A DNA stretch of 60,727 nucleotides from a virus (lineage: Duplodnaviria > Caudoviricetes), in IMG/VR virus record IMGVR_UViG_3300032323_001975, positions 1-60,727 of that record; one strand, 5' to 3'. Both the position numbers and the translations under genes were made by a program. Position 1 is the stretch's first letter. Each line of letters begins with the position of its first letter. Of this stretch, positions 18,533 to 27,284 are shown piece by piece. The notes beneath the pieces were generated by a model. The model had not been told where the DNA came from. It worked only from the letters and a program-made list of their open reading frames with translations, and searched no databases.

Positions 18533-19904
18533 GATACCTACATTCTTCCCAGAATTCTCGCATTTCTGGAAATGTCTTTAAAAAGTCTGTGTCTCTACGT
18601 TTGTCATGTTCATTAAAAAATCTATAAAAGTCGCCTCGTTGTATTTTAACATACTCATTATCTAATTTACTACCTTCTTGCATCCAATCTACAACTCGTT
18701 GCATTCTTTGCACTTCGTAATCTTTGAACCCTTGAAATGGGCGTTTGGGTGTTTCTAAATTTGCCTGCATCCAATCTATCACATCTTGTAATCGTTTAAC
18801 ATAAACCGGCGGAAGTATCTGTAAACTTTGCCACGTGGGTTGTCTTAATATAGGAGTGTCAAACCAAACTCTTTGATATGTAGAACTGTGTAATCTTCGT
18901 AACGAAAGAATAGTTTCCAATTGCCTTTTTAACCCTAGCACACTGAGATTGTTCATAGTAATAATAAACGTCAAACTATTACGATAGGGAATGTGTTTTA
19001 AGAAATAGTCAACTCTCGCTAATACCCTTTTAAATTCCATTCCGTGTCTAATATATTCGGCATGCTCGGGGATTCCTGAATCTAAACTCACATACTGCAT
19101 GAAATGTTCTATATTAGTGTTACATAACTGACTAACATAACCAAAATATTGTTCCCATAACTTTTCTTCTATACTAAAATTACTTGTCACATCAATATGC
19201 AAGTCAGGTTTAGGAAATGCTAATATATAATCAAATACACGATAGGTATTACGATCCATTAGTGGCTCGCCGCCGGTCATTCTAAAGTGTTTAAGCTTGG
19301 GGTATAAACTAGGCCACCATTCCCAAAAAGCGTCAACGTAAGGATTCTGCTCACGTGCTGGGATAATTTTTCTGTCCCCAGAAAAATAACTAGGGTCATT
19401 ATGAAGATTACTTGTGGGATAAGCTCCGTACCTAGCAACTTCATCGGCCCAACTGCTACTAAACTGTGGACTGCAATAACTACACTTAAGGTTGCAAGCG
19501 TGATTAAAATTGACTTCCACATAACTTGGAATTGTATCTTCTTGTCCTGTAAAATTTCTAATTTCTTCATAATGTTCTGCCGCCCAGGGCTCTCCACTTC
19601 TATAATGTCTGTCGCTTAGATTGCCTAAGTCCTCTTGAGTCCAGCAATAACTGCACTCGCGTGGACGCTCGTTGTTTAGCATAAGTACACGCTGTTGCTT
19701 CTTATGCTCTGTATTGTGTAACGCACCTGGATCTAGTTTAATTGCATCAGCATCAATCTTATGTAACGGAGGATGATAGCAACTATTGTTAAGTCCAGTT
19801 GGCAAGTGCAGGCTTACTTGTTTCCACTTAGCCAAGCAGAGTGCAGGACCTAACTTGTCCTTCATTTCATATGCGGCTGACATAAAATTACTTTTATTAT
19901 CCAT
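18519..19904 (-). CDS. Radical SAM enzyme with N-terminal Twitch-like domain (1 of 5)
   Basis: CLAKW..SCYHP..ECSYC, CNLKCSYC, TGGEPL. Confidence 0.92.
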   Translation of the reverse strand: MDNKSNFMSAAYEMKDKLGPALCLAKWKQVSLHLPTGLNNSCYHPPLHKIDADAIKLDPGALHNTEHKKQQRVLMLNNERPRECSYCWTQEDLGNLSDRHYRSGEPWAAEHYEEIRNFTGQEDTIPSYVEVNFNHACNLKCSYCSPQFSSSWADEVARYGAYPTSNLHNDPSYFSGDRKIIPAREQNPYVDAFWEWWPSLYPKLKHFRMTGGEPLMDRNTYRVFDYILAFPKPDLHIDVTSNFSIEEKLWEQYFGYVSQLCNTNIEHFMQYVSLDSGIPEHAEYIRHGMEFKRVLARVDYFLKHIPYRNSLTFIITMNNLSVLGLKRQLETILSLRRLHSSTYQRVWFDTPILRQPTWQSLQILPPVYVKRLQDVIDWMQANLETPKRPFQGFKDYEVQRMQRVVDWMQEGSKLDNEYVKIQRGDFYRFFNEHDKRRDTDFLKTFPEMREFWEECRYHAQN

Positions 19905-20856
19905 TTAACTTAACACTATTATCATTGATATTTTGCAATAAAGTTCGATTGTAATCTAGAACCGACGACATATCATCTAGCACAGACTCCATCTTGTTTA
20001 TATCCCACTTGTATATGTCTTCTAAGATTTTTCTAATCTCAACTATTCGTTCAAATCCGCTTTTATCGTCGTAGCTTTCGTTCCACCACTTATCAAATGT
20101 TTTAAACCCAATTCGTTTCATATTACCAAGATACCCGCATGGGCCCATTACAATAAATGGCGTCCTTGCTATAATTGGACGAAAGGTTTTTTCAGTTGGG
20201 AAAAATGTTAATCCAGTTACGTATGTTTCTGAAACCAAATCGAGAAAAATATTGTGATATGTTTTAATGATATTATAATGAGTTGGGGGACCAATTGTGT
20301 AATTTAAAAACCCCTCATCTAGTGTTAACGGGCAGGATGGCAAAAATTCTACAACTGATGATAATTCTTCTTGTGCAAACATGTTAATACCAGTTAATTC
20401 GCTATCAAGTTGGTGTCTCTCAGATGTTGAATCATAGTGTAGCGTCATTAAAGTTTTATCTTTATAGTTATGATATAGCCATGCAGAATTAACTAATCTA
20501 TGCCAATTTGGTTTCCCATGAAAGCAACCAACAGTATATTGTAAAGTCTTGGCTTCAAGTGGTATAGAAAATGCAAACTTTGATTTAGATATCCAATGAT
20601 TTCCTTTGATTACAATATTGTAATCTGAATTATATTCTTCGACGTTATTAGTGTATATGGTTACTACTTTCTTATCAATGCCCCATTGTTCACATACAAA
20701 ATCTAATACTTGGTAAAAATCTGTAGATTTCAAACACAAACCTTCGCCATTGGTACTAATATGGATACTGCCGGTTTGTTGATATTCTTTAATAATGTCA
20801 GATACCTTGTTTGGCAAATTAAAAATAAGACGGTCTTTATTTGGAAGATAAATCAT
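19897..20856 (-). CDS. Putative glycosyltransferase (GT10-like), paralog 3
   Basis: HR, DLVSET..FPTEKTFRPIIARTPFIVMG..GFKTFDKWWNESYD. Confidence 0.6.
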   Translation of the reverse strand: MIYLPNKDRLIFNLPNKVSDIIKEYQQTGSIHISTNGEGLCLKSTDFYQVLDFVCEQWGIDKKVVTIYTNNVEEYNSDYNIVIKGNHWISKSKFAFSIPLEAKTLQYTVGCFHGKPNWHRLVNSAWLYHNYKDKTLMTLHYDSTSERHQLDSELTGINMFAQEELSSVVEFLPSCPLTLDEGFLNYTIGPPTHYNIIKTYHNIFLDLVSETYVTGLTFFPTEKTFRPIIARTPFIVMGPCGYLGNMKRIGFKTFDKWWNESYDDKSGFERIVEIRKILEDIYKWDINKMESVLDDMSSVLDYNRTLLQNINDNSVKLNG

Positions 20857-21415
20857 TTTTTGTAATTAATTCCATAAGTTCTGAATAATTGCTCGGTTTG
20901 CTATATAACACATATCTTGAGTCAATGATATCTAAGTCCTCGTAATAAACTGTACAATCTACATCATTCCATTTTGTTAATAGCTGCTGATTCATATCAT
21001 GTATATACATCGATATGTTGTTTAGTTCCGTTTCATTGATTGGGATAGAATACTCTGTTTGTTGTTGAAGTTTATGGTAATGCCATTTTTGTGTCATATG
21101 ACAGATATAAAAACTAGCAATCTGTTTACTAACATCTCGTCGTATTAATCGAATTTTGTATGCACTATTTAGGACGGAAGCTATTGTATTGTTTGTCTTA
21201 GTTGTAACGTGGTCGGGCATAATTTTAGCCACATAACGTAAACCAGAATTATAGTGATGTAGAAAATTATTGTATCTATCAGGTATAGACCGATGAAAGG
21301 CTTCATCAAAATTTTTAATGCCATTGCTTGATGCAATATAATCACACAGTGCTGTTGATCCAGTTCTATACGATGACAACACCGCTACAGATTTTTCCAA
21401 AGGGATATTGATCAT
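20837..21415 (-). CDS. PAPS-dependent sulfotransferase (Stf0-like)
   Basis: 5'-PSB loop SSYRTGST, 3'-PB-like LIRRD..QIAS, VYYEDL. Confidence 0.75.
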   Translation of the reverse strand: MINIPLEKSVAVLSSYRTGSTALCDYIASSNGIKNFDEAFHRSIPDRYNNFLHHYNSGLRYVAKIMPDHVTTKTNNTIASVLNSAYKIRLIRRDVSKQIASFYICHMTQKWHYHKLQQQTEYSIPINETELNNISMYIHDMNQQLLTKWNDVDCTVYYEDLDIIDSRYVLYSKPSNYSELMELITKNDLSSK

Positions 21416-22311
21416 TCTTTTGCCATTACACCTTTGTTTTTAAATTGGCTTTGGTAATGGTGCTTAAAGAATCGGCTTTGTTCAGGCGTGTATGTGACAA
21501 TAGGCAATTCTAGTCTAGTGGTCAATGCACTTTCGATTCTTTCGCAGCTTTCTTTGGGATCGTCTTGGCTAAAACTTGACCATAACTTTTCCAACATATC
21601 AAAGTCCTGTACATAATGATGATCCCAATTTTCAAGCATGATCATGTATGTTCCCAGTCTGGCTCCGTACATGGCCCAATAACCATTTTCAACATCTGCA
21701 CCTACTGAATGCCAAATGCATAAATGATCGTAGTTGCGATTATTAACTTTTTCTTCAAACTCTGCTAGTGTGGGTTTGTGCCCGCGATCTAGACACATCT
21801 TTACCCCTTCACGAAAACCAGCACGCCATGCTTGTTTGGCGCTACCGTTAGGGTGTGTGGTAGAATAGCAGTTATGCATTGCTGTATACTTGGGATCAAA
21901 ACAAAACTCCACGGCAGTTTCTTCATCACCGCGACTTGCTTCGTGTGTACGCATGTTATAAACAAAGTCCCGGGTCCAGCAACTTACACCACCGTTGCCA
22001 TAACGAAGTCCGTTGATTACATTTCTTGCCTTCCATCGAAAAACGTGATCACGATTAGTTTCGTTCAGCGATAACTGTAAATTAAAAAATTCCGAGTCCG
22101 GTATGTTATCACCATCAATAATAACAAAGCGTTCTGTATCGCTTGCTGCTGCGGCGGCTTTGTGTGCTGCGTCAGACCCTTTAATGCCATCTACCCTCTT
22201 TGCCCATGGAACCATGTTTTGAATACGAATCCAAAACTCTTCTTTTTTAGGTTCGTCATAAGTTAGAAAAATACAATCTAAATCTGCTATATCAACTATT
22301 TGTTCTGTCAT
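21412..22311 (-). CDS. GT-A-fold glycosyltransferase (DxD)
   Basis: IFLTYDE, AHKAAA..SDTERFVIIDGDN (DxD following a beta strand). Confidence 0.65.
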   Translation of the reverse strand: MTEQIVDIADLDCIFLTYDEPKKEEFWIRIQNMVPWAKRVDGIKGSDAAHKAAAAASDTERFVIIDGDNIPDSEFFNLQLSLNETNRDHVFRWKARNVINGLRYGNGGVSCWTRDFVYNMRTHEASRGDEETAVEFCFDPKYTAMHNCYSTTHPNGSAKQAWRAGFREGVKMCLDRGHKPTLAEFEEKVNNRNYDHLCIWHSVGADVENGYWAMYGARLGTYMIMLENWDHHYVQDFDMLEKLWSSFSQDDPKESCERIESALTTRLELPIVTYTPEQSRFFKHHYQSQFKNKGVMAKE

Positions 22312-22666
22312 AAAATTCTATTTCTCTATGTTGTTCATTTTCGTATAAAATAAGGGCCGCATGACCTTTAACTGTTCTATAACCTGTGCTTGATTTTTTT
22401 AGTTTAACTTTGTTTGGTATATGCGGATCAATAATTTTAAGTTCCTTGTTAACTACACGCAGCCAATTTGTGTTATTTTTATGAAATTGATCCGGATGTT
22501 CGATTATAATATAGTTGTCGCCTACCGGAAATCCATTTTCCCATAATCCTATAACAGTTCCGTCATCATTGTAATACAACCTGTATTCTTTTATCAGTTT
22601 AGGCCTATTTTTATCATATTCCTCAACTAATCGAAAAGCTTTTATTAATTCATCATGAGGATTCAT
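22292..22666 (-). CDS. Hypothetical protein
   Basis: 124-aa ORF overlapping both neighbours. Confidence 0.75.
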   Translation of the reverse strand: MNPHDELIKAFRLVEEYDKNRPKLIKEYRLYYNDDGTVIGLWENGFPVGDNYIIIEHPDQFHKNNTNWLRVVNKELKIIDPHIPNKVKLKKSSTGYRTVKGHAALILYENEQHREIEFYDRTNS

Positions 22667-23486
22667 AATATAATATCATTTTATCTATATCAAAATTTTT
22701 ATCGTAAAGATGCAAGGGATGATATTGATTTATATTGTTTATTCTAAACATTCCTTGATCGAATTCTGTTAAAAAAACATCATTAATGCAATAGCTTTCA
22801 TTGTAATTATTAATAGCAGGTTTCAAATGTGTAAAATTTATAAAATCTGCTGCCGGTAAAGTAGTTAGTTCTCTTCCAAGTATATGCGAACAAATAGAAT
22901 AAACAAGGTCTGTAGTAGGATACTCTTCGTCACAATATTTAAAATTTTCTTTAATTATTTCCCAATTATCAAAAATTATTCTAGCAGTGTTAAAAAATTT
23001 AAGTGCATTTGACGAATATCTGAAATACATCAATCCATTAAAGACATCAGGTAAATTATTATCGTCAAAAATTTTTCTATATTTTCGATTATTACTTATT
23101 TCTTGCTTATAATCTCTACAACCCAAACTTAAAACTATATCTTTAAATCTAAGCACATTCCACCAATGATCAATATTTCTTGTTAAAATTATATCAGATT
23201 CTAATTTAATGGTTTCTTTAAACGGTGAACACCAAAATGCCTGTGGTTCTAATGCAAAGACATTTTTTTCAGACGATTCTTTTAATTCAATTATGTAATC
23301 AAATATTTCTTTGTGTTGAGTTGAAATATCTTTTTTTGTATTTGCGTCAACAATAACGGCAACTTTATTGATCTTTTGTGTTTTTTTGATACTAAGTGCC
23401 TGTAAGTAAGCTAGTCTTAAATAGTCAACTGTGTTACTGTTAACCGCTAATGTTACAAATCCCTGTTGTTCTTTATGCCAACTCAT
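22653..23486 (-). CDS. GT-A nucleotide-diphospho-sugar transferase-like protein (ESD in place of DxD)
   Basis: Y..LAY..ALSIK, SPFKETIKLESD, NGLMYF, TDL.Y, HLK; paralog of the next gene. Confidence 0.65.
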   Translation of the reverse strand: MSWHKEQQGFVTLAVNSNTVDYLRLAYLQALSIKKTQKINKVAVIVDANTKKDISTQHKEIFDYIIELKESSEKNVFALEPQAFWCSPFKETIKLESDIILTRNIDHWWNVLRFKDIVLSLGCRDYKQEISNNRKYRKIFDDNNLPDVFNGLMYFRYSSNALKFFNTARIIFDNWEIIKENFKYCDEEYPTTDLVYSICSHILGRELTTLPAADFINFTHLKPAINNYNESYCINDVFLTEFDQGMFRINNINQYHPLHLYDKNFDIDKMILYYESS

Positions 23487-24267
23487 TTAAAATCTTTGTA
23501 TAAAAAAGTTCAAAGTTTTCGCTTTGTAGATATGATTTACTCATTACATGTAAATTTGTCCTTGGCAAGACATAACTTTTTTCTGTGTCCTTTACAATAA
23601 TTTTATTATCCTTTAAATCCATACTTTTGATAGGTTGGTTTATCGACAACATGCTACCGGGAATAGAATTGTTATCAATTGAATACCCATTTAATATAAT
23701 ATCAGCTATAGCAAACGCATAATCGTTTCTGTAAATACGTTCGGTAATATTAAATAACAATCGATAATATTGATAATTTTTCTGTATTCTTTCAATTAAA
23801 TTAAAATACAGTTTTGCTTTTTTTGTTTTTCTAAAAGCAAAAACAGTTGCCCATACGTATGGGTGACTGTAAACACCCATGGTATTTGGCCATTCGGTAG
23901 TCAAAGCATGACTTTTTCTTTGTAAAATATAATCCCACGATGTATTAAAAATTTTTAGTATATCATCATTTAAAATTAAATAGTCTGCATCAATAACCAG
24001 TGTTTCATCATAAGGCGAAAAATTGTAAACACTATGCCTTCCAAAATTCCTCCATTCAACAAATTTATCTAAATCTATATCAAACCTACTGTTATAGAAT
24101 GTTTTATCATCTAAATTAGTAACTAGTGTAAATGGTAAATCTAAAACTTTTGAAGCAATAGTTAACGTTTTATTAGCAATATTTTCATAATTAGTGCTTG
24201 AGGTGTTTAAAGCAAATGCAACAATACCTCTAGATTTTTCTAATTTTTTTAAGTTCTTCATATTCAT
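23473..24267 (-). CDS. GT-A nucleotide-diphospho-sugar transferase-like protein
   Basis: SRGIV, SPYDETLVIDADY (DxD), WATVFAF, RNDYAF, HVMSK. Confidence 0.7.
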   Translation of the reverse strand: MNMKNLKKLEKSRGIVAFALNTSSTNYENIANKTLTIASKVLDLPFTLVTNLDDKTFYNSRFDIDLDKFVEWRNFGRHSVYNFSPYDETLVIDADYLILNDDILKIFNTSWDYILQRKSHALTTEWPNTMGVYSHPYVWATVFAFRKTKKAKLYFNLIERIQKNYQYYRLLFNITERIYRNDYAFAIADIILNGYSIDNNSIPGSMLSINQPIKSMDLKDNKIIVKDTEKSYVLPRTNLHVMSKSYLQSENFELFYTKILNELA

Positions 24268-24544
24268 TATGCCAGCGATTCATTACTAATTGATAGTGCT
24301 GCTGTGCTGTCACTAAAAAAATTTGTTTATCAATTTTAATAGGATTTTCGTAAACATCTTCAAGATATATTTCATCGGTTGGCCAAGTTTTTACAAATGC
24401 TAGTATATCTGGAGTGATCTTGAATAATCCCCCATTGTGTGTCATGTGCAGATCAGTTTGTATTTTTTCTTTAAGGATTTTTTTGTTAATTTGAAAATCC
24501 GTGGATAAACGAATTTCTTCAACTAGTTCATCTAATGTGTTCAT
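24230..24544 (-). CDS. Hypothetical protein, first gene of the modification operon
   Basis: 104-aa ORF just downstream of a sigma70-like promoter. Confidence 0.75.
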   Translation of the reverse strand: MNTLDELVEEIRLSTDFQINKKILKEKIQTDLHMTHNGGLFKITPDILAFVKTWPTDEIYLEDVYENPIKIDKQIFLVTAQQHYQLVMNRWHNEYEELKKIRKI

Positions 24545-24555
24545 AAAAAGATTAT

Positions 24556-24579
24556 GTTAGCATAACAATATATGCTAAC
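24556..24579. repeat. Perfect 9-bp inverted repeat (operator or hairpin)
   Basis: GTTAGCATA-acaata-TATGCTAAC; followed on the minus strand by ATAATCTTTTT. Confidence 0.75.
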
Positions 24580-24595
24580 TAGAGTGAATTGTCAA
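24567..24595 (-). promoter_or_regulatory. Sigma70-type promoter
   Basis: Minus strand TTGACA (24595-24590), 17-bp spacer, TATATT (24572-24567). Confidence 0.7.
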
Positions 24596-24604
24596 TTGAA
24601 TTGA

Positions 24605-25567
24605 TTATAATCTGGTTGCAGTAACCGCGCCCCAAGTATTACTTAAATTACTTAGCTCAGGGAATGAAACATCAACAGTAACAGTTACGGTTAAATCTAA
24701 AGAATCATCAAAACTACCGCCAGAATTTCCGCCGGAAGTTGAATTTATTGTTGCCCAAAATTCAATATTATCACCGTTCCCGTTAAACGAACCTTGCGAT
24801 CCTCCTGGTCTAACAGTTATTGATCCGGTATCTGATGTATAATTTGTCGTGGTGCTGGTGACCGCAACAACTGTAGTGTTTGCATTGAATGGCGAAGTAT
24901 AGTAACCTCTTGTAGTGTCGTTAGTATTTACTGTACCCCCAGTTCCTGTTAGTCCAGAATTGATATTTGCGGCAAATAAGGCTACTCCCCCCATATTGTC
25001 AACAACAGCTTTTGCAGCAGCACTTCTAGATCCTGCTCCACCTGTTGTAGTTGCCGAAATATTAAATTTCATACGGCCGCCTGAATTAAAGAAAAATCTA
25101 GCTGCATCTGCACCGTTATTGAAAGAAACCCTTGCTCCAAACGCTCTGGTTAATGTTGCAGAAGTTGTTGTATTAGTCCATGCCGCATAAGCAGTAAGAG
25201 CACTCACATTAGTAATAACTGCAGAATTACTGGAAAAAGACATTCTGTCTTGATTAATTCTAGTCAATGCGCCAGCAAGTCCTCCAGAAAATCCAATAAT
25301 TTGTCCGGCGGTGTTTGCAGTCAATCCACTGCTTGTATTATTAATGTGTAGGTTAGCACTATTGATGGTATTGATTAATGTAGCCCATTGTGTGGCTGTT
25401 ACAGTGCTAGTTGCAGAAACCCACGAAACATTAGCCTGGCCATATCCTCTAGAGTTGGCTCCCCAGGCCCAAACACTGGCCAAGTCAGTGCCAGTAATAC
25501 TTGTATTTGCACCTGCTAAATTATTGTAATCCGTGGCTTCAATTAAGCCACCTTGAGAATATGACAT
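24605..25567 (-). CDS. Virion structural protein (tail/baseplate-associated)
   Basis: Ser/Thr/Gly/Asn/Ala-rich; last gene of the tail module; SD-like AAGGT upstream. Confidence 0.65.
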   Translation of the reverse strand: MSYSQGGLIEATDYNNLAGANTSITGTDLASVWAWGANSRGYGQANVSWVSATSTVTATQWATLINTINSANLHINNTSSGLTANTAGQIIGFSGGLAGALTRINQDRMSFSSNSAVITNVSALTAYAAWTNTTTSATLTRAFGARVSFNNGADAARFFFNSGGRMKFNISATTTGGAGSRSAAAKAVVDNMGGVALFAANINSGLTGTGGTVNTNDTTRGYYTSPFNANTTVVAVTSTTTNYTSDTGSITVRPGGSQGSFNGNGDNIEFWATINSTSGGNSGGSFDDSLDLTVTVTVDVSFPELSNLSNTWGAVTATRL

Positions 25568-25579
25568 CTTTATTACCTT

Positions 25580-27172
25580 TTAACTATTTAATTTGACGAT
25601 GGCCTCGATCGTTCCTTGGCCGGTATCATTTTTTGTTTGCAGAGAACGTCCAATTACATTCCAAGGTGTAATTTCATTTTTTGCTGCTGCTCTTGCTAAT
25701 CCATTGCCAGCCGACACAAGTCTATCGCCTTTTTGAATTTTTCCTATTACACGAACCGGAACTCTTCCGCTTACTGCAACAGGAGGATGTGTTTCGTCTG
25801 AGCCTGCTGCGCCATTCATTAAATAGGCTGCTCTTGTACTTATCACTCCAAATACGTCATCGCTTAATTCTGTCTCTACTTCTGTAATTTCAGCTGGTCC
25901 ACCCAAGGCCACAACTGTTCCTGGCGAGTAAGGTCTATCCGATTCGAATCGCTCAGCTAAGTCAGCATATTTTGCTTGGACCGACACACCAAAAAATGTA
26001 TTGAACCAAGATGTACTTGAACCAATATTTGAAGAAATATTTGATACCGGTAATATATTTCTAGAAACAATAACATTACCTGCATAAACATTATTCCAAT
26101 TAAAAACGGACGAACCAAGATCATATGTGACATTGGCACTAGGATTTAAATTTGCACTAAAGGTGTTTGTGCCTGTTCCGCCGCCAAAATATGTGTCTAC
26201 ATATCCCTTGGTAGCTACAGTAAAGTTATTCATGCCTGCAGAAGGAGCTGAATATAACTCTGGCATACCTGATAATGCATTGCCAAACAAGAAAGGCGTT
26301 TCGGTTGAGGAGCTAGTAACAGCTAGTACCAAATTTCCGTTATTTGTGGCATTTTTAAGTTTTACCGCAGATCCACTAACTGATCCCTGAAAGTCGCTAT
26401 CTACACCAAATCTTATTCCCGAATCATCTAATACACTTACTGATCCATTAATCAGTCTACTGGTTGCTCCAGCTACAGAGTTATCGTTTCTTATAAAGTT
26501 TAAAGCACCTACAGCAGATCCTCCGCTGAGTAAAGCAGCAGCAACAGTTACATTGCCATATAGTGTATGATCACTTCTGAAGTTTAAACCTTTATTAATT
26601 GTTGGAAAATTAGGATCAGCTGTTGTAAAACTGAATTCTTTACTCCAAATTCCAACTAAAACATCATTGATAAAAAATTTTAAAACAACATAAGTACCAG
26701 CTGGTACTAAACCAACTATAGTATCTGGCACAGCACCTGTATTTCCTGTAGTTGATGTAGATGCGGGACCAATTGCTGTCCAAGAAGTTCCGTTGTATAC
26801 TTTTAATTGTACAGAACCAGTATCCCACCATTGCTCGCCGACTACAGGGTTCGATGGGCCACTTGATCCACTTGTCATTGTTACAAAAGGTTTCCAGGCT
26901 GCGTTTACAGTTCCTTTTAAAGTAGCAGTATTCAGCTTAAGATAACGATTTGAGCTATCCCACCAAAGTTGTCCGGGTAGTGGAGCAGTTGGTGCACTAC
27001 TTTTTGCAAAATTTTCAACCAAACGAACCATATTTTCATTAAGAAAAGTTCCATAACCTGGGTAGTTTTTACCTACTAGGGTTAAACTGCTATTCGTAAT
27101 ATCAACGGTCCCGTCTTGTAGGCCCCCTGAAATTAGTGCATCTCCGTTTGATAATCTTATATCATAAGCCAT
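25580..27172 (-). CDS. Tail fibre/spike with C-terminal intramolecular-chaperone (peptidase G2-like) domain
   Basis: N-terminal LVGKNY.GYG..NEN..LVENF..P..GQLWWD domain; C-terminal YADLAERF..PGTVV.LGG..EI..GRVPVRV.G.I.KGDRLV. Confidence 0.75.
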   Translation of the reverse strand: MAYDIRLSNGDALISGGLQDGTVDITNSSLTLVGKNYPGYGTFLNENMVRLVENFAKSSAPTAPLPGQLWWDSSNRYLKLNTATLKGTVNAAWKPFVTMTSGSSGPSNPVVGEQWWDTGSVQLKVYNGTSWTAIGPASTSTTGNTGAVPDTIVGLVPAGTYVVLKFFINDVLVGIWSKEFSFTTADPNFPTINKGLNFRSDHTLYGNVTVAAALLSGGSAVGALNFIRNDNSVAGATSRLINGSVSVLDDSGIRFGVDSDFQGSVSGSAVKLKNATNNGNLVLAVTSSSTETPFLFGNALSGMPELYSAPSAGMNNFTVATKGYVDTYFGGGTGTNTFSANLNPSANVTYDLGSSVFNWNNVYAGNVIVSRNILPVSNISSNIGSSTSWFNTFFGVSVQAKYADLAERFESDRPYSPGTVVALGGPAEITEVETELSDDVFGVISTRAAYLMNGAAGSDETHPPVAVSGRVPVRVIGKIQKGDRLVSAGNGLARAAAKNEITPWNVIGRSLQTKNDTGQGTIEAIVKLNS

Positions 27173-27195
27173 TTTTAAATATCTCCAACTTTTAT

Positions 27196-27203
27196 TATTT
27201 ATG
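27196..27203 (-). promoter_or_regulatory. T4-like late promoter candidate
   Basis: CATAAATA upstream of a GGAG SD and the ATG at 27172 (T4 late consensus TATAAATA). Confidence 0.55.
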
Positions 27204-27284
27204 CGTTTAAATTACAATACCAAAAGCTTATGAATAGCTTCTAGCAGAAGTTCTGTATGATTAAACAATTTTAAACCTTTTCTT

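Noticed and set aside
8649-21415. Saxitoxin-like cluster (SxtI/K/L/N/O-like families co-occur)
   Set aside because: No SxtA PKS-like enzyme, amidinotransferase or Rieske oxygenases. The deaminase is a standard dCMP deaminase, and the shared families are generic decoration enzymes.
1283-24544. Bacterial LPS/capsule locus
   Set aside because: Embedded among T4-like core genes (gp55, gp47, gp46, gp6, gp25), with no Wzx/Wzy/ABC export or membrane-embedded initiating transferase visible.
24605-25567. Enrichment of canonical N-X-S/T sequons
   Set aside because: They are frequent, but roughly what the high Ser/Thr content would predict. The residue before Asn looks like the better signal.
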